Assembly (NCBI GenBank): GCA_002269645.1 | Contig: NIVC01001335.1 | Location: 1-64,000 of the forward strand | Origin: Macrostomum lignano | Taxonomy: Eukaryota | Direction: 5' to 3' | Length of the DNA: 64,000 bases | In this document: in pieces, positions 34,411-46,034 of the stretch | Position numbering within the stretch: position 1 is the stretch's first letter | How the letters are laid out: the number at the start of each line of letters is the position of its first letter | Program-made: the position numbers and the translations under genes | The notes under the pieces: generated by a model | The model's input: the letters and a program-made list of their open reading frames with translations, nothing else | Databases searched by the model: none | Told to the model about the DNA's origin: nothing

Positions 34411-35746
34411 AGGCACGGAGACAGATAGACAGAGGCAGGCAGCAAAGCAAAAACAGGTAAATTTCGACCAGCGGGTTTTGTTTAATTTCTCCCTTTCGTT
34501 AAAGCTTTTATTCAGTTCGAAACTTTAAACGTTTTTCTTAAGAACAAAGCGGCTCAAGGATTTTAATCCTTTGTATTTGTATTCTGCTTTAGCGCCATGA
34601 TTAATGTTTTGTTTAACAAAAATAATTTTGCGCTGCGACCAATGCACAGTGCGGTGCTTGCTGATGGTGCCGGCTTCTCACTACTTTGTCACTTTTATTC
34701 CAAAATAATACTGTGCTCAAACTGCTTGGATATTGTTAAGCATCTTCCAATTCTTCAACTTGCAGCAGCAGCAGTCGCAGCCAGTGCACGCCAGCCTGCA
34801 GCAGTACCAGCAGAGCCACCAGCAAGCTCTGCTTCTGCAGCAGCAGCAACAGCTTTCCGCTTCATCAACCTGCGAACCGGCCGCCAAGCGGATGAGGCTG
34901 CAGCAGCTTCCGGCCGCGGCTGATCAGCGCGTCTATAATCCTCATCATCAGTCTGTGAGCAGCTTCTCAGAAAATGAATTAATTTATACTACTGCTGTTT
35001 TCACTTCAGTAGTATGGTTTTCATTTCTTTTGTTTTATTTTCAAATCAACAACATTCTGAACTGGGTTTTATTAATTGGACGCCAAAAGTTAAGTTAAGT
35101 TAGCTGCGGTTAGCAACTAGCAGAAGTGACCAGCAACTAGCAGAAGTGACCAGCAACTAGCAGAAGTGACCAGCAACTATCAAAAGTGACCAGCAACTAG
35201 CAGAAGTGACCAGCAACTATCAAAAGAGACCAGCAACTAGCAGAAGTGACCAGCAACTAGCAGAAGTGACCAGCAACTATCAAAAGTGACCAGCAACTAG
35301 CAGAAGTGACCAGCAACTATCAAAAGTGACCAGCAACTAGCAGAAGTGACCAGCAACTATCAAAAGTGACCAGCAACTAGCAGAAGTGACCAGCAACTAG
35401 CAGAAGTGACCAGCAACTAGCAGAAGTGACCAGCAACCAGCAGAAGTGACCAGCAACTAGCAGAAGTGACTAGCAACTAGCAGAAGTGACCAGCAACTAT
35501 CAAGGCTTCGACAATTAGAAAGTTCTGAGCTGCGGCAGAAATACTTGAAGTTTCCGACCCCTGCAGCGAATCGAGTTAAAAATTGCAGCATTGGAGCCGC
35601 TGATCCCAAGTCTCTATTCGCTATGTGCATATGCATATAAGAAATCCGACCTCACCATCCCGCAGGCTGACGGCCGGCAGCAGGGCCCCCACCCAAAGCC
35701 GTACCCGATGCAGGAGTACAACGGCTATCGGGCCAGTTATAACTAA
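29740..35746 (+). CDS. CDK8: Cyclin-dependent kinase 8/19 orthologue, predicted 5 exons
   Basis: Exon 1 29740-30321 (MDADF...GRGSYG...[18 protein letters not shown]...HRDLK). Exon 2 31442-31992 (PANILVM...[21 protein letters not shown]). Exon 3 33511-33625 (YFLEEP...IPYGKR). Exons 4 and 5 are less certain: 34766-34954 (Q-rich, EPAAKRMRL) and 35666-35746. All introns are GT-AG with consistent phases. Confidence 0.93.
30375..31435. repeat. Pyrimidine-rich 19-27-bp minisatellite (cactgcatctccgctccctccct) filling CDK8 intron 1
   Basis: Directly visible; it reads open in one frame, which produces the artefactual 759-aa ORF. Confidence 0.95.
32040..33432. repeat. Minisatellite of about 36 bp (gattgattgattagttaatcacctgatgcaatactt) filling CDK8 intron 2
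   Basis: Directly visible. Confidence 0.95.
34180..34440. repeat. (GACA)n microsatellite in CDK8 intron 3
   Basis: Directly visible. Confidence 0.93.
35110..35504. repeat. 20-bp minisatellite (ccagcaactagcagaagtga) in predicted CDK8 intron 4
   Basis: Directly visible. Confidence 0.95.
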
Positions 35747-35904
35747 CCAGATGGCCTGTGTGCGATGCTTTTTGCTCGGCTTTTTTAAGGGATGTCGGTT
35801 TGATTCTGGCGGGCTGGCAGTTTTATCGGCTTAACTTGCTTTCATTGCTGTAATATTGCTGTATCTAGTTGTCTATCCGCCTGTCTCTGTGTGTCTGTCT
35901 GTCT

Positions 35905-36600
35905 ATCCCAATCCATCACAGCCCCAATCCATCACAGCCCCAATCCATCACAGCCCCAATCCATCACATCCCAATCCATCACAGCCCCAATCCATCACAG
36001 CCCCAATCCATCACAGCCCAATCCATCACAGCCCCAATTCATCACAGCCCAATCCATCACAGCCCCAATCCATCACAGCCCCAATTCATCACAGCCCAAT
36101 CCATCACAGCCCCAATTCATCACAGCCCCAATCCATCACAGCCCCAAGCCATCGCAGCCCCAATTCATCACAGCCCAATCCATCTCATCCCAATCCACCA
36201 CAGCCCCAATCCATCACAGCCCCAATTCATCATAGCCCAATCCATCTCATCCCAATCCATCACAGCCCCAATCCATCACATCCCAATCCATCACAGCCCC
36301 AATCCATCACAGCCCCAATCCATCACAGCCCAATCCATCACAGCCCCAATTCATCACAGCCCAATCCATCACAGCCCCAATCCATCACAGCCCCAATTCA
36401 TCACAGCCCAATCCATCACAGCCCCAATTCATCACAGCCCCAATCCATCACAGCCCCAAGCCATCGCAGCCCCAATTCATCACAGCCCAATCCATCTCAT
36501 CCCAATCCACCACAGCCCCAATCCATCACAGCCCCAATTCATCATAGCCCAATCCATCTCATCCCAATCCATCACATCCCAATCCATCACAGCCCAATCC
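35905..36600. repeat. 16-17-bp minisatellite (cccaatccatcacagc)
   Basis: Directly visible. Confidence 0.95.
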
Positions 36601-37093
36601 CGATCTTACCCCGCCACGCTGACAGCCGAGCAGCTTTACCCGCACCTGTCAATCAAACGAGCGCATTTTTGTCTTGAATCGGAAAACAAAAAAGCAAACA
36701 AAAGTCTGGCGCACTCAGCGCCCGCTTGTCTGTTCAGACTGTGTATCCGCTATTCCTTCGCTGGCTTTCAACACTGAATTTATCCTCTTTATTTCCGTGT
36801 CGCTGTTTGACTTCAGTTTTATTTTGCATATTTTGTTTAAGACTGACCAGCATCTTTCAGTTAATTGTCTTGGCTTTGTATTGCGTATATTTGTGCCACT
36901 ACACCTTTATTTGGAGTCAGTTTTACAGGTATCTGGCTTTTGTTAGTTATTTTCCGTGTTTTTGCATAATGTCTGTCCAGCTCTTACTATTAGTAGTATA
37001 AATTTTGCGTTCTTCAAGCGGTTCATTCGGCTGCCAATTAGGTGGATTTTTAATTTTCCGGATTTTTTACTTGCATGAGCCCGAGATTTGAAT

Positions 37094-37303
37094 TGAGTTT
37101 AGTCACGTGATGACATCTCTAAATGGTGGCAGCCTGAGTTTAGTCACGTGATAACATCTCTAAATGGTGGCAGTCTGAGTTTAGTCACGTGGTGACGTCT
37201 CTAAATGGTGGCAGCCTGAGTTTAGTCACGTGGTGACGTCTCTAAATGGTGGCAGCCTGAGTTTAGTCACGTGATGACATCTCTAATTAGTGGTAGCCTG
37301 AGT
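37094..37303. repeat. 41-bp tandem repeat, 5 copies, each with CACGTG
   Basis: Unit tgagtttagtcacgtgatgacatctctaaatggtggcagcc. Confidence 0.93.
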
Positions 37304-37734
37304 TCAAGGCAACTGACAGGTTTAGAGGTTCAAAATGGTTAGCAATAAAATGCCTCCCGCCTCTGTGTTGAGCTCTCTATTTCTCAATTAGCTTTCATAT
37401 TTTCTTGCATATGATAGTTTCCAATGCTTGTCAATTTTTGGAATTTTGCTTTTTCGCGCGCGTTGCTTTTGTGTGGGCTTGAAATTTTTTCTATTTATTT
37501 TTTCATTTAGTTATATGCGAGTATTGCTTTGTAGTTAATAACTATTTTATTTACTTTGCGCCTGTTTCATAATTATTGATCTGTATTCAATGTTCTCTGC
37601 TCTCGTTTGCTGCTGCACTTTCCTTGTGCTTTTTGGAAAGCTTTCAAAGCTTTTGACAGGCAGTGCTGCCCTTCGTTCATCGCAGTGATATTCAACTGTT
37701 CAATAACCCTCGGGATTCTCGTGATAATCGCCCC

Positions 37735-37965
37735 TAAACTGCCATAAGAACCGCCTCTAAAGTGCTTTAAATCGTCCCTAAACTACCCTAAGAATCGGCC
37801 CTAAACTGCCCTCAAAATCGCCACTAAACTGCCCTCAAAATCGCCACTAAACTGCCCTCAAAATCGCCACTAAGCTGGTTGAAGAATCGTCCCTAAACTG
37901 GCCTAAAAATCGCCCCTTAACTGCCCTCAGAATCGCCCCTACTCTGCCCTGCCCTAAGAACCGCC
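37735..37965. repeat. Degenerate repeat of about 23 bp (aaactgccctcaaaatcgccact)
   Basis: Directly visible. Confidence 0.8.
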
Positions 37966-38419
37966 GCTAAGCCGGTCTAAAATTTACCAGTTACTATGAA
38001 GAGCGAATGTACACTGAATATCCAAGCAGGCAAATAAATTGTATTCGAAGAAAACCGCGACAAAAATTGGCACTAAAACCCCGGCAATCGCGCTGCACTG
38101 TTGATGTTACCCCCCCCCCACCTACGCGGTTCACTCCGTTGTTGACAAGCATTTTTAATCGGTGATTCTGACCTAAACCTTATCAGAAAAATAAATGCTT
38201 TTAAAAATATACGTTCGTAAAATGTAATTCTGTTGTTTGATGCATTTTTACGATTTGAAAACTCCATTAAAAAGTTGCAACTTTTTTATTGCTTTGCTTT
38301 ATCTGCTTTTTTACTCTAAAAAGATGTGTGTCAGCCGCTCCCTGATTGGTCCAAGGCAAAACTGTCAGCCGCTCTCTGATTGGTCGAAGGCAAAATTGTC
38401 AGCCGCTCTCTGATTGGGG

Positions 38420-41122
38420 GTATCGCCGGGCCGGCGAGTCAACCCCTGGTGCTGGGATGCCGTCTGCGGTGCACTTTCGGGCTCCGCCAGACTCTCTTGT
38501 CAAAGATTTCTAGTGGTGCTGCTGTAGTCTCACAGCAGCACTCGGTCTTCAGGGCAGAACGTCCTGGCTTGCCTGGGCGACTGTTAAAGCGCTGACTGCT
38601 GCTGCTGGTGCCGGTTGCTGACAAGTGAGGGCGTTAGCAGATCAAGCCGGGATCGAAGTTGCCTCCCAAAGAGCAGCTGGCTGGGAGCCGAGCACGTGGC
38701 TGAATGCGGCGTGTTGCGATAGGCGAACAGAAATTGCTGCAGGGCTTTCTCGGACGGTCCCGATTTCTTCAGGTGCTGTTTTAACACTTTCACAAACCGT
38801 TCAGCTTGTCCGTTTGTCGCCGGATGGAATGGCGCTGAAGTCACGTGCTCGATGCCGTTGATCCTCAAGAACTCGGCGAATTCCGACGACATGAACTGGG
38901 CTCCAGAGTCCGAGGCAGGCCCTGGCGCCAGAAGGTCTGACGAAGACAGCTGATTGTCGTGGCCGACGTCTTGCTGGTCAGCTGCTTCACTTGCTGTGCG
39001 CGTCGATAAGCCCCAGAAAAGAGCATCCGTCTACTGGCTCAGCAAAGTCAACATGCAGTCTGGACCACGGCTCGGTTGGGTAGGGCCATGGGTGCATTGG
39101 TGCCTTGGATGTATCAGCCGATGGCTGGATCGACAGAACGACTACCCTGGATCCCCACAGCAAGCAGCCTGGTTCGATTGAGAGCTCGCTCGTGCTTTCG
39201 GCCAGAGAAAGCTTCGAGACCGTCTGCAGCTGGGATCCGGGAGCCCGACTGCAGACACAGCAGCACCCTGGCACCCTGCCGAGCTGCGCATCAGTCCGCG
39301 TCTTCTGTGCGATGACCTTGGTAGTCAGCCGAGCTGACCTCTTCATTGATAAGCAGCGTCCCGATGAATTGATCACTGAGGGGAAGGCGAGAGAGCGAGT
39401 CACAGTTGCCGTGCCTCGCCGTCAGTCTGAACTCCAGGCTGTAAACGTAGCTGGAAAGCCGAATGACCCAGCGCTGCATGCCGGCTGCAGCATATGCCGG
39501 GACGGCCTTGCGCCCTCCCAGCAGATCAAGGAGTGGCTGGTGGTCAGTGACGATGATTAAGCGTCTTCCGTATAGAAACTGGTGAAATCTGTGCAAGCCG
39601 AACATGGCCAGAGCCTCTTTGTCCAGCTGAGAGTAGTTACACTGTGCGGGCGTCAGGCTGCGGCTTGCGCAGCCGATGGCTTGATGTTGGCCGCTGATCC
39701 TGTACCACCCCCAGTCCATATAGCGAGGCGTCGTACCCCAAGTACAGTGGCTGCTCTGGACTGTAGTGTACGAACGCACCCGTGGACAGCAGCAGTCGCT
39801 TGGACTTGTTGCTGCGCTTCTCCCCAAGCCTGCGCTTGGAGTTCTTGGTCAGCAGCTAGTTCATCGGCGCTACCACGGTGGACAGGTGCGGCATGACTTT
39901 CGAGTAATGGGTCTGTATGCCCAGGTAGGCGCGCAGCTGGCTGACATCTTTTGGAGCAGGCACATTCTGCACTGCTGTGACCTTGTCAGGCGGGTTCTTC
40001 AGCCCGTGTGCGTCGATTCGATGACCGAGATACTCCACAGAGTTGGAAAAACAGGCACTTGGCCCTGTTTAGTCGAAGGCTAGCGTCCTGAAGACGCTGC
40101 AGCTCTCTAGTTAGGTTATGCTTGTGCTGCACCCGAGTCTTGCCTGTGACGAGACTATCGTAAACAAACACCTGGACACCGTCGAGGTCACCCAATAGCG
40201 TTTCCAGAGTGCGCTGGAAGATTGACGCTGGCCGAGTTAATGCAATGCCAAAGGGCAGTCTGTTGAGTTGAAACAGGCCTCTCGACGTGTTGGTGGCTAC
40301 GTAGGCAGGGCTCTTCTCGGACCAGGGGCAGCTGCAAAAACGCGTTTGATAAGTCGAGTTTTGTCTGATTGCATCCTCCACCGAGCTTGGCAAAGATGTC
40401 CTCTATCCGCGGAAACGGATAGTGCTCAGGCTTGGCCGCGGCGTTGAAGGTCACCTTATCGTCGCCGCAGATGCAAATCTCGCCATTTGCCTTCACCACC
40501 GGGACGATTGGAGAAGCCCCAGTTTGAATGTTTTATCGGCTTGATGATGCCGAAAACAGCCTGATCACGCAGTCTCTCCTGCAGCGTACTGCCGAAGTTG
40601 CAGTGCAGAGTGGCTGCTCTGAGCCCAGCCACGAAAGTAGCGAAGCTGTCTTCTTCCGGCAGCTGCACCCTTTGCTGTAAAATGAACCGAGCCGTGATTT
40701 CGGATGGATTAGGGTAATAATTATCCTGCATGATTTTCTTGAGGTCGTCATAAGACTTGTCAGCCACCTTTTCTGGCTGGCGAAGGTTTTGGCAGTACTG
40801 TGTATGCTTCTTCACCTATGGCGGTGCTGAATGTGGCCACCTTGACAGTCCCCGAAATCTTAGCACAAACCAAGTACTGCTCCAGCCTCTCCACGTAGAC
40901 ATCGAAGTCGGAGTCCTTGGACAGTTCCGGAATACGGCTAAAAGCTGACCTCGTCGCTATTGTAATGACTTGAGAACGAAGTCTTTGATTCTTGCACTGG
41001 GAAATGCATAGCTCCCGAGTGGTAGACAAATAAAGAGATTGGTGACTCTTGTGACTTGGTGACTCTGGAGAAGAGAGACAGAAAAAGAGACCGGGCCGTG
41101 GCGTGGCGTCCAGTTTTGCTAC
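38420..41122 (-). mobile_element. Decayed Ty3/Gypsy LTR retrotransposon with internal deletion; no 3' LTR seen
   Basis: Minus-strand fragments: gag (FDVYVERLEQY...LQERLRDQAVFGI), RT (IKPIKHSNW, YPFPRIEDIF, LDLSNAFLQ, RLPFGI, YLGHRI), RNase H (YSQLDKEALA, TDHQPL, NCDSLSRLP) and integrase (PWSRLHVDF, PFHPATNGQAERFV, YRNTPHS). Many frameshifts. Confidence 0.93.
40961..41122 (-). repeat. Putative short 5' LTR (TGTA...TACA, 162 bp) followed by a primer-binding site
   Basis: On the minus strand it begins tgtagc and ends attaca. It is followed by a-TAGCGACGAGG, a one-mismatch version of TGGCGACGAGG (complement of the tRNA-Ser(GCU) 3' end), and then by gag. No second copy was found. Confidence 0.6.
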
Positions 41123-41288
41123 ATATTTGGGGGCTCCTGGGCATCATATAGCTAGGTGTGCTGCAGTGGCACGAAACATACGCGTATGAATGGTCCATAC
41201 GCATAGCATGGGAAGTGTTCAGAAGGGGGGACAAACGGAGTGTAAAAAAGTAGTCAATGGGAGCGGCAAACCCTTGGCCATCCGAAGC

Positions 41289-41999
41289 TCAGGCCATCAC
41301 AAGAACCAGCGACACTGAGCTAAGAGTAAACCAGGGCAGGTTGCTCAGAATCCAACCCGTGGAGCGCAATGAGCTGCCAGCAATAGTCAAGCTTCTGTTG
41401 ACGCTTTGAGTATCAGACAGACTTCTGATGACGCTTTGGGTAACAGACAAGCTTCTGTTGCCGCTTTGAGTATCAGCCAGACTTCTGTTGCCGCTTTGAG
41501 TAACAGACAAGCTTCTGTTGACGCTTGTAACAGGACCTGCGTTTCTGAACCACGGAAAGTCCGAACAACGGCTCGGCTCACTGAACAGATCGAAACAATC
41601 GTCCTGGAGCGAGCAACTGTTTGGCCCCATGCAGATGCTCGCGAGCGGTTTCGAGCACCAGGTGTTTCCGTAATGATTGCACAAGTCCATTTGCATGGTA
41701 TTGTTGACAGTATCATTGAACTTGGCGTACGTTGACACCGTGATGTTGACGTGGTTTTCCTGTCCGCTTACCCTCGCGTCCTCCCAATAGAAGACGACAT
41801 AGTACAGATACTTCATGTACAGGATCGCCGGGTAGGTGTGAGAAGTGTCTGACAAGTCGTACATCTGATCATTGTCGACTTCCTTTGGGATATCGCTGGT
41901 TTCCGTGTTCACAATGTGAAGCTTCTGGCCAGACAAAAGCTGGGTGATCTTGATTCGCAGGTACCAAAACTGCTCTGTGATGCTTTTCATTCTGATCAA
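41289..41999 (-). CDS. Putative GPI-anchored or membrane-tethered glycoprotein with an LDLa-like cysteine cluster; possibly a terminal exon
   Basis: 236-aa ORF with a Cys cluster (CMGPNSCSLQDDCFDLFSEPSRC), sequons NIT, NDT, NNT and NRS x4, 10-aa repeats from a 30-bp DNA repeat, and a hydrophobic C-terminus. No signal peptide in this ORF. Confidence 0.5.
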   Translation of the reverse strand: MIRMKSITEQFWYLRIKITQLLSGQKLHIVNTETSDIPKEVDNDQMYDLSDTSHTYPAILYMKYLYYVVFYWEDARVSGQENHVNITVSTYAKFNDTVNNTMQMDLCNHYGNTWCSKPLASICMGPNSCSLQDDCFDLFSEPSRCSDFPWFRNAGPVTSVNRSLSVTQSGNRSLADTQSGNRSLSVTQSVIRSLSDTQSVNRSLTIAGSSLRSTGWILSNLPWFTLSSVSLVLVMA

Positions 42000-43509
42000 A
42001 GGCTTGCTTGCATCGCGATTAACTTTCTTGGAGTTCCAACATGCAGCTATCGCATGCGCGCGTCGTTCGAGCCCGACTTGTGCAGCAGCTAACCTGCAAT
42101 GTGCTTACTTCTCGTCGTAATCATCTGGCAGATCGGCAAGATCCTCCGGCAACGTTTTGCCACACGATGTCTGATCACAGCCGACCGAGCCCTCTTCACA
42201 GTCAGGTAGATGCCTGGTGGTCTGTCTCACGGCTTGTTCAACACCGTCAGCCGATGACACATGCCTCTGAATAGCTTTCAGCAGCAGTCAGTTACAAATT
42301 TTGTGATTTACCTACAGCCTATGAGTACGACTTGACTAGACAGAATTCAGACCTCAGCCCGTTGCTCACACACACAGTCTGCTGTCTATGGCTTATACGC
42401 AAGCTATCTGAGACTAAGCTGTGTGTTGAGATTCGCTTCTGCTTAAAACGGGCTTCGATGCTCGCTACGGTTACTCAAATTCCTTTATCGGGAAAGTAGT
42501 CTATTCGCGTATCTATTTCGGCGCAGTTTTCACCCTAAAAACTAGCCGATTGAGCATTCTGTGTAAATTTTGTGATAAGATAGCGCGGTCTCCCTCAGCA
42601 CAAGGCTGAGTTTTATTTGACTTCACTACGCTCGCAAAATATCAGTTGCTCATTCGCTTTTGAGTCGCATCAGCGGAGCTCTCTCGATGCCGTCGCTGGC
42701 ACGGGCAGCTGAGGGTTTTTCGCACCCGCTTCATCCTATTTAGCTGCGGATGCTGGAGCGGAGTCTCGCGATGAAGCGACTGAATAATGGGCTGCAACTC
42801 GGCGCTCAAAGCCTGCACAGCTTGCTCCAGTTGCTGAGCAGCCTGTTGAGATCGCTGGTGCGGCTGCACTGCGACTGTCTGGGCGGCTGCAGCTTGAGCA
42901 ACGTTCCCGCGGGCTGGAGCTGCTGCAACGGGTGCGGCCAGGCTGGCTACATCCTGTGGAACTTCTTCTTGACCGCTGCATGAGCAGCAGCAGCAGCAGT
43001 CGATGTGGCTTTCCAGCGCAATGACCAATATGACTATCTCGATGGCTGTCTTCTATTACCAGTTCAAAAGAACTACATGTACCAACAGTTTCCACCAATC
43101 GGCCAGAAATAAACTCTCCGCACTTGCTAAGAAACAATCTGGAGAAATCTTGAAAAAGACGCTGGCTAAGCGCCAAAACTGCAAAACTGTCTTTGCGGCG
43201 TGAGTGCGGAACTCCTGTAGAGATTAGGATTAAGCTCTTTAAAGACTTTGCTGCTCAAAGATAATTTTCGTTGAGAACGACTCGAGACAGTGCTACACAT
43301 TACAATCACTCGATAGAAAAAGTCGATCTGATAATTTCAAGCGATACTGATTTGGAGTGGAGTCCATGGCATGGGCCTCCACATGGATTTTCCTTTTTAC
43401 TGTGCATCATTTTAATGCATAACCACAATGTAAACAACATGCTATACGAACTGTTGAGCAAAAGTCCAAGCCTTTCAGCGGAGCAAAGAAACTGCAAGTT
43501 GGATTGTTT

Positions 43510-44025
43510 CCTCTGATTGGTCTCTCTAGTCGCCCTCAAATTGGTTACCCTCTGATTGGTGGCCCTCTTTCTGGTCGCTCGCTGATCGGTCGCCCTCTGA
43601 TTGGTCGCCCTCTGATTGCTCACACTCTGATTGCTCGCACTCTGATAGCTCATCCTCTGATTGGTGTCCTCTGGTTGGTAGCCCTCTTTTTGGTCGCTCG
43701 CTGATCGGTCGCCCTCTGATTGGTCGCCCTCTGATTGCTCACACTCTGATTGCTCACACTCTGATTGCTCACACTCTGATTGCTCACACTCTGATTGCTC
43801 ACACTCTGATTGCTCACACTCTGATTGCTCACACTCTGATTGCTCACACTCTGATTGCTCACACTCTGATTGCTCACACTCTGATTGCTCACACTCTGAT
43901 TGCTCACACTCTGATTGGTCGCCTCTGGTTGCTCGTCCTCTGATTGCTCGTCCTCTAATTGGTCGCCCTCTGATTGGTCGCCCTCTGATTGGTCGAGGGT
44001 AAAATTGTCAGCCACTCTCTGATTA
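43510..44025. repeat. 15-bp minisatellite (ctctgattgctcaca / ctctgattggtcgcc)
   Basis: Directly visible. Confidence 0.93.
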
Positions 44026-44806
44026 GTAAATACTGAAGAGCAAAAAATAAATTTCTTCAACTCATTAAAAGTCGAATTTAGCAGCTCAGACTTAAGTCAA
44101 TTTCATTTTTTGAAGAATTTTTTAGGAATCGTCATCATTTTTAAGTGTCACAGGCAAAGTCAAAATGATTTAATGCAGAAACTCTTAAGAAAAGCTAAAA
44201 GGTTTCGCTTGCTTGCCGGGTTGGTTAATCGTCATTCGCTTTTCAGAAGCGAATTTCATCTCATTTGATTGATTGAAAGACTTTAGAGACCTCCTGCTTC
44301 TCCTTCTCTGAGGTCTCTTTGTTGCGTTTTCCCTCGGGAAATCAATTGAAATTGATGCTTTTAAAAATAAGCAGTCGGAGACGATTCGCCAACAGAATTC
44401 GATTTCTGAATTTAAGGGGCAAAGTGGACTTTAGTTGCAGTGTTTGTTTTTGTCTTGGGGGCCAAAGCAGTGCGGACAGCATCTAACAATGGGTATTTGG
44501 GAAATTTGTGAGGCAAGGACGACTGAGAATTCCCGTCTGTGCTGTTTGGAATTTTGTCCGTGCATTAATTCTTACTGCTCTGGGATAATTTCTAGCATTG
44601 CTTGTGAATGGTATGAGTACAGCTCAACTGCTGTGTTCACTGGCTGTTTACACAGACACGCTGAATTGAGCTTTGATCCCCGATAATTGGCTCCTGTTGC
44701 ACTCTGGGCTATCAATGCGGCTCTAAAGCATATCGTGGAAATTTCCACTGCGGAGTGCGCACGGATATTGCAGGCAGCTTGGCAACACAGAATTAGCTTG
44801 TAAAAT

Positions 44807-45735
44807 ACTGACTGACTGACTTGAGTGAGTGAGTGGGTGACTGACTGACTGACTGACTGACTGACTGACTGACTGACTGACTGACTGACTGACTGACTGA
44901 CTGACTGACTGACTGACTGACTGACTGACTGACTGACTGACTGACTGACTGACTGACTGACTGACTGACTGACTGACTGACTGACTGACTGACTGACTGA
45001 CTGACTGACTGACTGACTGACTGACTGACTGACTGACTGACTGACTGACTGACTGACTGACTGACTGACTGACTGACTGACTGACTGACTGACTGACTGA
45101 CTGACTGACTGACTGACTGACTGACTGACTGACTGACTGACTGACTGACTGACTGACTGACTGACTGACTGACTGACTGACTGACTGACTGACTGACTGA
45201 CTGACTGACTGACTGACTGACTGACTGACTGACTGACTGACTGACTGACTGACTGACTGACTGACTGACTGACTGACTGACTGACTGACTGACTGACTGA
45301 CTGACTGACTGACTGACTGACTGACTGACTGACTGACTGACTGACTGACTGACTGACTGACTGACTGACTGACTGACTGACTGACTGACTGACTGACTGA
45401 CTGACTGACTGACTGACTGACTGACTGACTGACTGACTGACTGACTGACTGACTGACTGACTGACTGACTGACTGACTGACTGACTGACTGACTGACTGA
45501 CTGACTGACTGACTGACTGACTGACTGACTGACTGACTGACTGACTGACTGACTGACTGACTGACTGACTGACTGACTGACTGACTGACTGACTGACTGA
45601 CTGACTGACTGACTGACTGACTGACTGACTGACTGACTGACTGACTGACTGACTGACTGACTGACTGACTGACTGACTGACTGACTGACTGACTGACTGA
45701 CTGACTGACTGACTGACTGACTGACTGACTGACTG
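44807..45735. repeat. (GACT)n microsatellite, about 900 bp, essentially perfect from 44838
   Basis: Directly visible. Confidence 0.98.
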
Positions 45736-46034
45736 TCTCCTGCCCCAGCTCAACCAGTCTGCTCCAGAAGAGTGCTTCAGTCGGAAACCGATTGGTCCGG
45801 ACTGCTCAGCGGGGGGTGGGCTGGGGTGGCCGAGGGGGTGAAGGCCGGACTCATTCAGAAGCCATCAGTGGAGAATCGGTTCTCGCCAGGCGCTTCCGTT
45901 TTTCAGCAAAACTGCAGACCGGCGAAGGCCATAAAAAATTTCAGTTTCAAGCTGAACTGACTGGCGCGCTGATTAACAACTGACAATGTGAGTCGCGTGC
46001 TCATGCTTTCACATTTACCATGTCACCCGTGTCA

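Noticed and set aside
41123-41145. tRNA-Pro-like PBS (tgggggctc) on the plus strand after the putative LTR
   Set aside because: Only 9 nt match and no plus-strand retroelement follows; the minus-strand PBS plus gag explains the LTR better.
42642-43176. GC-rich Q/A-rich ORFs that look coding
   Set aside because: No recognisable domain, and no frame or splice sites could be fixed; may be an exon but it is unsupported.
44572-45753. Long repeat-peptide ORFs (SQSV, SVCL, THLSL, PIHHS, RENRV and similar)
   Set aside because: They are translations of micro- and minisatellites with no coding evidence.
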